From assembly GCA_027081275.1 (NCBI GenBank), contig JALWKV010000046.1, positions 2,315 through 66,314 on the forward strand: DNA of 64,000 nucleotides, written 5' to 3'. The stretch is from Gammaproteobacteria bacterium. Lineage in GTDB: Bacteria > Pseudomonadota > Gammaproteobacteria > UWMA-0217. How positions within the stretch are numbered: the stretch's first letter is position 1; the number at the start of each line of letters is the position of its first letter. Shown here piece by piece: positions 48,101 to 56,281 of this stretch. The translations under genes and the position numbers were made by a program. The notes under the pieces are model-generated. The model saw only the letters and a program-made list of their open reading frames with translations. It made no database searches and had not been told where the DNA came from.

Positions 48101-48763
48101 GTCAGTCGCAACGCCATCAGCATCGACCACTATCTGCGCAGCCACGACGCCGCGCCGGCGTCGATCCACAGCCACATCAGCTACGCGCTGCTCGATGGCG
48201 AGCATGTGGAAGACAACGACCAGCTGCGGCTGGAGGGCTCGATCCACTGGTCACTGTCCGACAAAACCGCCCTGCGCAGCCAGCTCGGCGTCCGCCTCGC
48301 CTACCAGCACTTCGACAAGAACCTGCGCGGCTTCACCCTCGGCCAGGGTGGCTACTTCAGCCCGCAACATCACCTCGCGCTCACTTTTCCCATCGACATC
48401 AGCGGACATCGGGGCGCACTCAGCTACGGCGCATCCCTCTCGCTCGGCCTGCAATACTTCACCGAGGACGACAGCCTGCGCTACCCGCTCGACGACGATC
48501 TGACAAGCCAGCTCGAGGCCGCCGGGAAACCGACCCTGCTCGAAGGCAATTCCAAGGGTAGCCTTGTCGCCGGCATACGCGCCGGCTTCGAATATCGCCT
48601 TGGAGAGCGGATCGGCATCGGCGGCCTGCTCGCCTCCAGCAACGACAACGACTACAACGAAACCGGCGTCGCGCTGTTTCTGCGCTATTACCTCGATCGC
48701 GCCATGGGAGTGTCGGGCAAACCGCGATGGGAGCAGGACGGGAAGTTTTCAGGGCTGTGGTAG
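45143..48763 (+). CDS. bcsC: Cellulose export protein BcsC (TPR repeats plus outer-membrane barrel)
   Basis: Signal peptide from ATG 45143, TPR-like repeats, GGYFSPQ, WGGV. Confidence 0.9.
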   Translation: MKLARRGKRIGLLLALSSLPALTAMAASQPGDIQQLLVQGHYWVGQGHPDLAIAAWEKVLLTDPDNAEAKNALRELKDFHPSLIDQTKLALARKLARQHKYADALKMYKLAFAGGTPNSFYAAEYYETLSGTRGGWKTAVKALSELVRKYPSNPYYRLVHARVLTYHESTRRDGIATLEQMAGDDSLDREIRARADEAWKNALLWLPGISKDRALYERYLARHADDAEIRDRLANLDRIGKHNTLQQAWDLLEKGEAEKADIIFSRLLRNAPDNADIHAGLGVARMKLQRFSSAAEHLEKALALAPEAHPELQPLLEEAQFWARYKAAEQAMKRGRYREALKRLDEAAQRRPDSFEVLLLRAAIEARRGNIRTASNLYDEALQRRPDSRDARRGLLQLLIQSGDEAAALRLLRKHHLSETEFRKARNRIRAERLRQQARLADDRRSAIIDLRKALELTPENAWLRLELARLLTAEGQDHEARDLFDGYLHSFPGDDEAHFAAAIFHAENGRQAEALAQMEAIPAAHKSEAQLLFEQRLRARLQLEKAKQLIAAGDYHAARLVAEKLQRDTDDPMVALIHAELLARIGEEKDALWQARNAWKSAQDDTGAAQQYATVLLLTHQYQALDQLLMALRRRPGLTPADESALARLRLGLELELADNLRKSGDYNAAWRQLLPFLPAQADHSALRTLLASIYHDAGNDEMALRLYQEEFARHPDNRDAWGGAAGAAMALGDNALAASLIEQGLEHNPDDPVLLVQRAQLDYLRGRRQSALADLDNALAQAETAPHGIRQRLAEQFPMPKAAATPVAVDDNTPWAREALALKQRIAAETATTLTVGTALRQRSGTAGLDELTTVALPLEWRSALNADMHWGLRLTPTLLDAGAASAAEAHLLGSEATGVPAASDDLSDEGAQVSLFYEGRQWDADVGISGAGLLRNNVEGRIAWKQQDFDNQLIVAAERRTLRETLLSWAGLKDDQTGIEWGGVSRNAISIDHYLRSHDAAPASIHSHISYALLDGEHVEDNDQLRLEGSIHWSLSDKTALRSQLGVRLAYQHFDKNLRGFTLGQGGYFSPQHHLALTFPIDISGHRGALSYGASLSLGLQYFTEDDSLRYPLDDDLTSQLEAAGKPTLLEGNSKGSLVAGIRAGFEYRLGERIGIGGLLASSNDNDYNETGVALFLRYYLDRAMGVSGKPRWEQDGKFSGLW

Positions 48764-48795
48764 ACGGCAGCCCAGTTTAACGACTGTAGGGACGT

Positions 48796-50781
48796 TCAGA
48801 TCTCCGAACTGGCCGCCGCCTGCGCCGGGGTGAGTATGTCGGGGATCCGTTCCGGTCCGGCATCGAAGGCGTCGGCCTGCCCCTGGAAGATCGATTGCCA
48901 GAAGGCCTGCGCCGCGAGCAGCTTGTCCTTTTCGGCCAGTTTCATCCAGCGCTGCAGATCGGGATCCTTGAGGCCGAAGTCGCCCCAGTATGCGAGAAAC
49001 GCCAGCAGCAGGTCGGCCATGCGCTCGGTTTCCCACGGCACGGACTTGTTCGACTCGTGCTCGTGGATCTCCTTGGCGAGCTGGAACTGGTGGGCCTTGT
49101 AGTCGATATCGAGCTTGAAGTGGGCCTTCAGTATCTCGTCGGTGAGGGACTCCGACCATTTGCGGTGGAAGCGGCAGATGCCGGTGTTGTCGCTGAACAG
49201 TTCGTAGACCATGCGCTCGACATTCTTGCGCCCCAGCGCCGCCGGCATCATGAATTCAGGTCCGTAGTAGACGTAGTACTTGCCCATGATCGGCATCGGG
49301 CTGCCCATGCCCGGTACCCAGTACTGGTTGGGCACCATGTAGCCGTACTCGCCGTGGGAGAGAAAGACGGCGCGGTGCAGCGGATGGGTGTCGTAGCGGC
49401 GTTCCATCTCGTAGGCGGCGCCACGGATGCCCTGACGGAACACGGCGGCGCGCTCGTCGAAGAGAATGGTATCGATCAGCGCCTTGGCGTATTTCGCATT
49501 CTTCATGCTGTCCTCGACCAGATCGAACTCGTCGGTGCTGCTGGAGAAGCGAAACGCCATCTGCCGCGGCGGCGGAAAGCCGTATTCGTCGGCGGGAATC
49601 AGATCATCGCGCAGACACTCCATGAGCCAGGCGAGATAGCCGCCGGTCTGGATGGCATCGAGCCCCATGGCGTCGATATGGTCGTTGAGCATTTCGGCGG
49701 CGCGCTGGTCGAAGATGCCGGTCTGCGGACCCAGCGCCTGATAGGGCTCGTAGTCCTTCTTGTACTTGTCATTGACCTTCTTGCAGGCGACGGCGCAGGG
49801 CTCGCCGCAGTGCTGGAAGTTCTTCGGCTTGATGATCTCCTCGTTGTACTGCTTGAGGTAGTGGTCGAGGATGAAAGCCTTGTGCTGATTGCGGCGCTCC
49901 TCCTCGCTGGCGTAGGCGCTGGTGTAGTTGAAGGAGAGGAGCCGGTCCGAGACCTGGTACATGTTGACGCCGAAGGTGCCGCCGGTCTGGAACTTCTCCG
50001 AGTAGCGGTACTTCTCGGTGACCGCGAGATCGGTCTTGACCACCTTCTGGCCGAAGTGCTCGATGAAATAGCCGTCCAGCTCTTTCGATGTCAGCAGGTC
50101 CGGATCCTTCCAGTCGCCGCCGAAGACGCAGCCGATGACATTGTGCTGCTGGAACAGACGGCTGCCGAGACCGCCCCGACCGCACCAGTCGACCACCGGC
50201 GTGATCTTGCCCTTGGCAATGGTGCTGGAGCCGATGATGCCTTCCGGCGTGTTCTCGGCGGCCGGGCCGACCGCGAAGATGCGCACTTTCTTCGGATGGT
50301 ATTCGCCGGCGTAGGTATCGAACAGATACTGTTGCAGACCGAAAAAGCCGATCAGCTCCTCTTCGGCGCTGCCCTGATAGCCCTTCCAGTACGGCTTGGG
50401 GTCCACCGGCTCCAGCCGCACCTCGAGCTTGTGACCCTTGTAATTGAGGATCAGCACGCTGGGCTGGGCACAGCGCCCCCGCAACGCCACATAGGAGACG
50501 CCAAGACCGTGATAGGTGTAGGCCGCGCCGCCCATGCTGGAGACATAGAAACCATCCCACTGCGGGCTGAAGGCGCAGAACACGAGACGACGCGAGCCGG
50601 GAATCGAGCTGCCCGCAAGCAGCCCCTGACCGAAAGTAAAGCTGTCGGGGTACTGCTTGTAGCGCCACCAGCCATAGTCCACGGGACCGAAGATATTCTG
50701 GTTGACATGCAGGGTATTGACCTGCCAGCCGCCTGTGGAAAGATTGATGACCAGCTCGCGCTGTTCGATATCATGCTGCAT
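48796..50781 (-). CDS. Aldehyde:ferredoxin oxidoreductase family, GAPOR-like
   Basis: IFGPVDYG, SSMGGAAY, VGPAA, GRGGLGS, KYRY..TGGTFG, CGEPCAVACKK, DAMGLDAI, DNTGICRFH. Confidence 0.85.
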   Translation of the reverse strand: MQHDIEQRELVINLSTGGWQVNTLHVNQNIFGPVDYGWWRYKQYPDSFTFGQGLLAGSSIPGSRRLVFCAFSPQWDGFYVSSMGGAAYTYHGLGVSYVALRGRCAQPSVLILNYKGHKLEVRLEPVDPKPYWKGYQGSAEEELIGFFGLQQYLFDTYAGEYHPKKVRIFAVGPAAENTPEGIIGSSTIAKGKITPVVDWCGRGGLGSRLFQQHNVIGCVFGGDWKDPDLLTSKELDGYFIEHFGQKVVKTDLAVTEKYRYSEKFQTGGTFGVNMYQVSDRLLSFNYTSAYASEEERRNQHKAFILDHYLKQYNEEIIKPKNFQHCGEPCAVACKKVNDKYKKDYEPYQALGPQTGIFDQRAAEMLNDHIDAMGLDAIQTGGYLAWLMECLRDDLIPADEYGFPPPRQMAFRFSSSTDEFDLVEDSMKNAKYAKALIDTILFDERAAVFRQGIRGAAYEMERRYDTHPLHRAVFLSHGEYGYMVPNQYWVPGMGSPMPIMGKYYVYYGPEFMMPAALGRKNVERMVYELFSDNTGICRFHRKWSESLTDEILKAHFKLDIDYKAHQFQLAKEIHEHESNKSVPWETERMADLLLAFLAYWGDFGLKDPDLQRWMKLAEKDKLLAAQAFWQSIFQGQADAFDAGPERIPDILTPAQAAASSEI

Positions 50782-50796
50782 GGCGCTTGTCCCTTC

Positions 50797-50865
50797 GTAA
50801 CTATTCAGCTCGTCTGCAAAGACATCCGTGACTGCTCAGATTGCCCCTGATAACTGAACAGTTAG
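50797..50865. repeat. Short deletion derivative of MITE family A
   Basis: GTAACTATTCAG..CATCCGTGACTGCTCAGATT..CTGAACAGTTA; co-linear with 23481-23549. Confidence 0.72.
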
Positions 50866-50880
50866 CGGGCAGTTTTCCGA

Positions 50881-51627
50881 TCAGAAGCGAATGCCGACCT
50901 TGGCGCTGTAGGTGGTGTAGTCGCCGGTCTTGTCGGCTTCGACGACGAGATTCATGCCGAGATTGATGTTGAGGCCGACATAGACGCGGTTGATTTCGGG
51001 CTCCTCGCTGTCCAGCGTTGCGACGTCCACCGCCTCGACATCGCTGTAGATGCGACCGACGCCGGCATAGGGGGTGAGCATCGCAAACCCCTTCGATACC
51101 GTCAGTTCGATGCTCCTGTTGCTCAGATCGATCTCGTCGACGCCTTCCAGCTTGCTGTAGGCGGCGCGAAAGGCGACGGCCGGCGTGGCGATGCCGCCGG
51201 GCACGAGGGCGTATTTCAGCTCGGCGCCCCAGAAGCGGATATCGGAACCGGGCACGCCGGTATAGAAGGCGCCGACATCGACATTCATCGGCAGCCCCTT
51301 CTGCACATGGAGCCGGGGAACCGGCAACGTGCTCAGATCCCAGCCACCCTGCGAGGCGAGGTCGAAGATGCCCTCGTCGATCTCGGTGCCGCTGATGCTC
51401 AGACCGATATCGAAACCCAGCGCGCCCAGCGACTCGGCCGGCGCCAGCGCCTTGTAGGCCGTGGCCGCGACGAGGTTTTCCGACAGAGTCTCGAACTGCG
51501 ACTGCGTCAACAGCTGCAGATTGTTGAAATCATTGTCCGCGCTGCCCGCCACGGGGGTCAGCGCCATAGCCGCGGCAATGGCTGCGGCGAGCCGCCCCAT
51601 CTTTCCCTTGCTGATCATTCGTTTCAT
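50881..51627 (-). CDS. Putative outer-membrane beta-barrel protein
   Basis: Signal peptide, TPYAGVG, C-terminal KVGIRF. Confidence 0.7.
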   Translation of the reverse strand: MKRMISKGKMGRLAAAIAAAMALTPVAGSADNDFNNLQLLTQSQFETLSENLVAATAYKALAPAESLGALGFDIGLSISGTEIDEGIFDLASQGGWDLSTLPVPRLHVQKGLPMNVDVGAFYTGVPGSDIRFWGAELKYALVPGGIATPAVAFRAAYSKLEGVDEIDLSNRSIELTVSKGFAMLTPYAGVGRIYSDVEAVDVATLDSEEPEINRVYVGLNINLGMNLVVEADKTGDYTTYSAKVGIRF

Positions 51628-51688
51628 CCTTTTTCCTTTCCTCGTCATTGAGCAATGGGCGCGAGACTAGCGCCATTGTTGACACCAG

Positions 51689-52717
51689 TCACGCTCCTTC
51701 GTCCGAACTTGTGGACGCATTAACGGTAAATTCGATACGCCGGTTTCTGGCCCTGCCCCGCTCGGTGCCGTTGTCGGCGATCGGCGATGCCGAACCGTGG
51801 CCGATGGCATTGAACTGCCCGGCCGCGACGCCGCGCTCCACCAGCGCCCGCACCACCGCCTCCGCCCGCTGCTGACTGAGCGCCAGATTGACCCGCGGAT
51901 TGCCGCGATTGTCGGTATGGCCATGCACGGTGAAGCGCGTCTGCGGGCAGGAGCGGGCCACCTCCGCCAGATCGTCGAGAAACCCCTCGCTGTCGGCGCT
52001 GATGACCGCCTGTCCAGCCTCGAAATGCAGCGGGCTGGACTTGGCCAGCGCCTGGATCCTGTCGATGCAGCTGAGCACCGGCACGAGCCGGAATGACGTT
52101 TCGTAACCGAGCCGCTGCAGGCGCTCCAGCCGCTTTCTCGCCAGCACCCGCGCCCGCGGCGGCGTCCCCTTGCCGCGCAACTGTGCCCGTCGCCAGGCGA
52201 GCTCGACATCGCCCTCGCCCGTGGCCTGCAACGCCGCCAGCGCCATCCGCGCCGACTGTAGCCAGTCCGCCGGCGCGCCCTCGGCCAGCTTGAGGCGATC
52301 CTGCCCCAGCGCAAGCCCCTGCGCGCGAATCCACGCCAGCAGCGACTCGTGCGCCGCCACGCTGGGCGCATGACCCTGCAGCCGCAGCTTGCCCCCGTCG
52401 AGCTGGGCGAGGAAGCGATAGGGGCTGACCGGCGGCGCGACGACGATCCGGTTGTCGATCGCTTCCGGATCGAAATGGCGCGAGGCGAGATGCTCGGCCC
52501 GCTCGCGCTGCGCGGATACGGCCACTTTTCCGGAAAGCCTGACCCGCTCGCCATCGAGCGACGCCTCGACACCTTGCGGCCCCTGCTCCGCAAGCTGCCG
52601 CGACAGTTCGGCGACGGCCTGTTCGCGCGCATGCTCCTGCCACCAGCGCGGCGCGTAGAACACCGCCACCACGAGCAATGCGAGAATGACCAACAGACGG
52701 AAAAGTCGGTACCACAT
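51689..52717 (-). CDS. BON plus OmpA-like peptidoglycan-binding protein
   Basis: GHTDNRG, NLALSQQRA, NRRIEF. Confidence 0.88.
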   Translation of the reverse strand: MWYRLFRLLVILALLVVAVFYAPRWWQEHAREQAVAELSRQLAEQGPQGVEASLDGERVRLSGKVAVSAQRERAEHLASRHFDPEAIDNRIVVAPPVSPYRFLAQLDGGKLRLQGHAPSVAAHESLLAWIRAQGLALGQDRLKLAEGAPADWLQSARMALAALQATGEGDVELAWRRAQLRGKGTPPRARVLARKRLERLQRLGYETSFRLVPVLSCIDRIQALAKSSPLHFEAGQAVISADSEGFLDDLAEVARSCPQTRFTVHGHTDNRGNPRVNLALSQQRAEAVVRALVERGVAAGQFNAIGHGSASPIADNGTERGRARNRRIEFTVNASTSSDEGA

Positions 52718-52719
52718 GA

Positions 52720-53883
52720 CTACTTCAACCTGACGTCCAGATCGAGCCGGCGCGCCCAGGGATCACGCCCGCGCAGCACGCCGAGACGAACGGTATCCCC
52801 CGGCTTGCGGTTCCAGAGTTGCAGACGGATATCGCCGAGCGTGGCGATCGGCGCGCCGTTGACCTCGATGACGCGATCATTCGTGCGCACGCCCGCTGCG
52901 GCGGCATGACTGCCCTCGGCGATGGAGATGATCTTCATGCCGCGATCGGCCTGTTCGAGCACGACGCCGATCAGCCCCGCCGGCGGCAGTTCCAGCGGCG
53001 GCGACAGCACCACATAGTCGGCCGGCTCGCCGGAGAGGTCGATGCCGCTGCCGGTCTGCAGCACCGTGGCCATCGGCGCGTCCAGACGCCGCGCCAGACG
53101 CTGCGGAATGCCGGTGCCCTCCACCACGTGACCGGCGCCGGCGAGCACCACCATCGAGCGCCGCGGATGCGCGCGCAGGTAGTTGGCGGCGGTCTCGGCC
53201 ATGGTCTCGTCCCAGGCGAGCTGGACGTCGATGAAGTGCTCGAAATCCTTCTTCTTGCCGCCCGGATGGCCGCTGAACACCGCCTCCAGCCGCTCGCGGT
53301 AGCCGGCCACGTCGCGATCGAAGTCGCGCGGCAACTGCCGCCGCAGCTCGGGCGACAGGCCGTCCAGCCCGAGCTTGCCGATGGCCTTGGTCACCTCCAC
53401 CGGAGCGTTCAAAGCCACCAGCGGAATCCCCTGCTCGCGAGCGAACAGAAAGATCGGCCGGTAGAGACGAAAATCGAACTTCCAGCGCTCGAAATACTCG
53501 GTGCGGCGCAGCATCTCCGTTTCGCCGATGCGCCCGGCGACATAGGCATCGAGCGCCTGCTGGAAAGGCCGCTGGATCATCTCCAGCCCGATGGCCAGCG
53601 GCACGCCGCGCGCATGCAGCCCCTCGATGATCTTGAGCTGCGTCAGATGGTGGTCGTAGCGCTCATGCGACTCGCCGACGAACACCACGCGGCGGTCGGC
53701 CAGCGCATCGATCACATCGTCGAGCATGGGCGCGCGCGCATAGTCGAGCACTTTCCACTGCCCCGGGTCGACCGCCACCAGGGCGGCGGAAGCCGGGGCG
53801 GCCGGCATCTGCGCCACCGGCAGGGTCTTGCAGGCTGCTAGACTGGCGAAGACCAGCAGCAGTAGGCTCCTGCTTGCGGTCAT
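52720..53883 (-). CDS. ChaN-family lipoprotein with C-terminal PDZ domain
   Basis: Lipobox LAAC, VFVGESH, GLEM, QLAWDETMA, AGAGHV; PDZ-like tail. Confidence 0.85.
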   Translation of the reverse strand: MTASRSLLLLVFASLAACKTLPVAQMPAAPASAALVAVDPGQWKVLDYARAPMLDDVIDALADRRVVFVGESHERYDHHLTQLKIIEGLHARGVPLAIGLEMIQRPFQQALDAYVAGRIGETEMLRRTEYFERWKFDFRLYRPIFLFAREQGIPLVALNAPVEVTKAIGKLGLDGLSPELRRQLPRDFDRDVAGYRERLEAVFSGHPGGKKKDFEHFIDVQLAWDETMAETAANYLRAHPRRSMVVLAGAGHVVEGTGIPQRLARRLDAPMATVLQTGSGIDLSGEPADYVVLSPPLELPPAGLIGVVLEQADRGMKIISIAEGSHAAAAGVRTNDRVIEVNGAPIATLGDIRLQLWNRKPGDTVRLGVLRGRDPWARRLDLDVRLK

Positions 53884-53908
53884 CCATCCTCGGAGGGGTT
53901 TCATCGGC

Positions 53909-55969
53909 ATGTACAGATCACTGGTTGGAATATTGATGGCCCTGTCGCTGCTGCCCGGCGGGCTCTCGGCAGCCGATCTCGTCGAGCACCACCTCAAGGT
54001 TCGCATCGACCCGGCGGCCGGTACGATCAGCGTCGTCGACAGACTGGTGCTGCCCGAACGAATGCGGGGCAAGCGGCTGATTTTCCGGCTCCACCCGGCG
54101 CTCGATCCAAGCGCGAACAGTGGCGGACAACTTACCACAGATGCTCCCGGCCACCATATATTCACCCCCGACGACAGCGGCCTCGCGCCGGAGCTGAGCT
54201 ACCACGGTCGCATCCACGATCCGCTGCGCGACATTTCCGACAGCCCCGGCCGGGCGCAGCAGGTGACGCGGGGCCAGATCGGGCCGGAGGGCGTCTTTCT
54301 CGGCGGCGCATCGCTCTGGTATCCGCAGATCGGCGACCTGCCGGTGCGCTTCGATCTGGAGGTGACGCTCCCCGAGGGCTGGCTCGCCATCAGCCAGGGC
54401 GAGGCGGTCGAAGGCGAGCCGAACCACTGGCGGGAAAGCCATCCGCAGGAGGAGATCTACCTCGTCGCCGGGCGCTACAGCCGTTACGTCTCCGACGCTG
54501 GCCCGGCGCGCGCCGAGGTCTGGCTGCGCCGGCCCGACGCGGCGCTGGCGCGGCGCTATCTCGACGCCACCGAAAAATACATCGCCCACTACGGCGCACT
54601 GCTCGGCGACTACCCCTACGCCAAGTTCGCGCTGGTCGAGAACTTCTGGGAAAGCGGCTACGGCATGCCGTCGTTCACGCTACTCGGCCCCACCGTCATC
54701 CGCCTGCCGTTCATCATCCACACCTCCTATCCCCATGAAATCGTCCACAACTGGTTCGGCAACGGCGTCTACGTCGACTGGGCGGGCGGCAACTGGAGCG
54801 AGGGGCTGACCACCTACATGGCCGACCACCACCTGCGCGAGCAGCGTGGCGCGGCCGCCGCCTACCGCCGCGACCAGCTCAAGAACTGGGCCGACCACGC
54901 CAGCGGCGGGCATGATTTCCCGCTCGTCGAATTCACCGGACGCCACGGCGACGCCTCGCAGGCCGTCGGCTACGGCAAGGCGATGATGTTCTTTCACATG
55001 ATCCGCAAGCGGATCGGCGATGAAGCTTTCCTTGCCGGCCTGCGCGGCTTCGTCGCCGACAAACTGTTTCGGCGCGCCGGCTACGACGACCTGCGCCGGC
55101 ACTGGGAAAAGGCGAGCGGCGTCGACCTGAAACCGTTTTTCCGGCAGTGGCTGCATCGCACCGGCGCGCCACGGCTCGCCATCGACGATATCGAGGTTGT
55201 CGAGAAAAAGGGGCGCTACCACTTCACTGCCGTGCTGGAGCAGACGCAGAAAGGGCCGCCCTTTCCACTGACCGTTCCCCTGCGTTTCGATTTCGGGACC
55301 AAGCAGCCGGCCGTCACGAAACTGGTCGAGACCAGCCAACGCGACACCGCGATGGCCTTCAACTTCGACCGCAGACCGGTCAGAGTCGAAGTCGATCCCG
55401 AATACGACTGCTTCCGTCAACTCTACCCCGGCGAAAACCCGCTCACCCTCTCGTCGATCTTCGGCAGTGACGAAGTGACACTCATCCTCCCCGCCAACGC
55501 AGCGAAGCCGCTGCGCGACGGCTACCGCGCCCTCGCCGAACAGTGGGTGCGGAAACGCAGCGACAGATGGCGCATCGTGACCGACGCGGAATCGAAGGCG
55601 CTGCCGGACAGCGGCGCGATCATCGTTCTCGGGCGAGCAAACCGCTTCGTGAATCAGGTGCTCGACGGAAAAACGGCGGAACAGATCGTTGGCAACGACA
55701 TCGACCAAGCAAACGACAGCATCGTTGTGACTAACAACAGACGCGATCGTCCCGCGCTCTTCATCGCCACGCCGCGCCCGGCCGCCCTGCCCGGCTTGAC
55801 GCGCAAACTGCCGCACTACGGAAAATACAGCTATCTGATTTTCAAGGGTGACGCGCCGACGATTCGGATGAAGGGGCAATGGCCGAGCGCCGGCTCGCCA
55901 CTGGTTCGGGACATTTCGGCGAGGGCGGCGAATGGGAATGACGAGATTCCCGCTATTGTCGATGATTGA
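53909..55969 (+). CDS. M1-family aminopeptidase (secreted)
   Basis: GYGMP, HEIVHNWFGN..WSEGL, YGK. Confidence 0.88.
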   Translation: MYRSLVGILMALSLLPGGLSAADLVEHHLKVRIDPAAGTISVVDRLVLPERMRGKRLIFRLHPALDPSANSGGQLTTDAPGHHIFTPDDSGLAPELSYHGRIHDPLRDISDSPGRAQQVTRGQIGPEGVFLGGASLWYPQIGDLPVRFDLEVTLPEGWLAISQGEAVEGEPNHWRESHPQEEIYLVAGRYSRYVSDAGPARAEVWLRRPDAALARRYLDATEKYIAHYGALLGDYPYAKFALVENFWESGYGMPSFTLLGPTVIRLPFIIHTSYPHEIVHNWFGNGVYVDWAGGNWSEGLTTYMADHHLREQRGAAAAYRRDQLKNWADHASGGHDFPLVEFTGRHGDASQAVGYGKAMMFFHMIRKRIGDEAFLAGLRGFVADKLFRRAGYDDLRRHWEKASGVDLKPFFRQWLHRTGAPRLAIDDIEVVEKKGRYHFTAVLEQTQKGPPFPLTVPLRFDFGTKQPAVTKLVETSQRDTAMAFNFDRRPVRVEVDPEYDCFRQLYPGENPLTLSSIFGSDEVTLILPANAAKPLRDGYRALAEQWVRKRSDRWRIVTDAESKALPDSGAIIVLGRANRFVNQVLDGKTAEQIVGNDIDQANDSIVVTNNRRDRPALFIATPRPAALPGLTRKLPHYGKYSYLIFKGDAPTIRMKGQWPSAGSPLVRDISARAANGNDEIPAIVDD

Positions 55970-56138
55970 GCCATGTCGTTCCGCACAGAACCAACGCCAT
56001 CGGGGTAAAGGTGTCACTATCCTCGAGAAGCACAATACCCTCGTAATCCGCGACATCGGCAATCGCGTTGGAGAAGGTCAATACATTGGGCTGGCGGGGT
56101 TTGAGTATATCGAGCACGAGTCGCCTGACGATCGCCAT
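55953..56138 (-). pseudogene. Truncated DUF211-like gene
   Basis: MAIVRRLVLDILKPRQPN resembles the DUF211 N-terminus; resemblance ends after about 33 aa. Confidence 0.5.
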
Positions 56139-56281
56139 TGTCCGAATCCGTCTAGTCGGTAAAGTTGCGGTCCGGCCAGTATAGCGGCAGTCCGGCCCGC
56201 CAAGAAAAATCGCGCCATTGGGGCCGGGCGACTGCTCATCGCCACCTTTCCCCGACACCTTACCGGTGGTACCTTCCCTCC

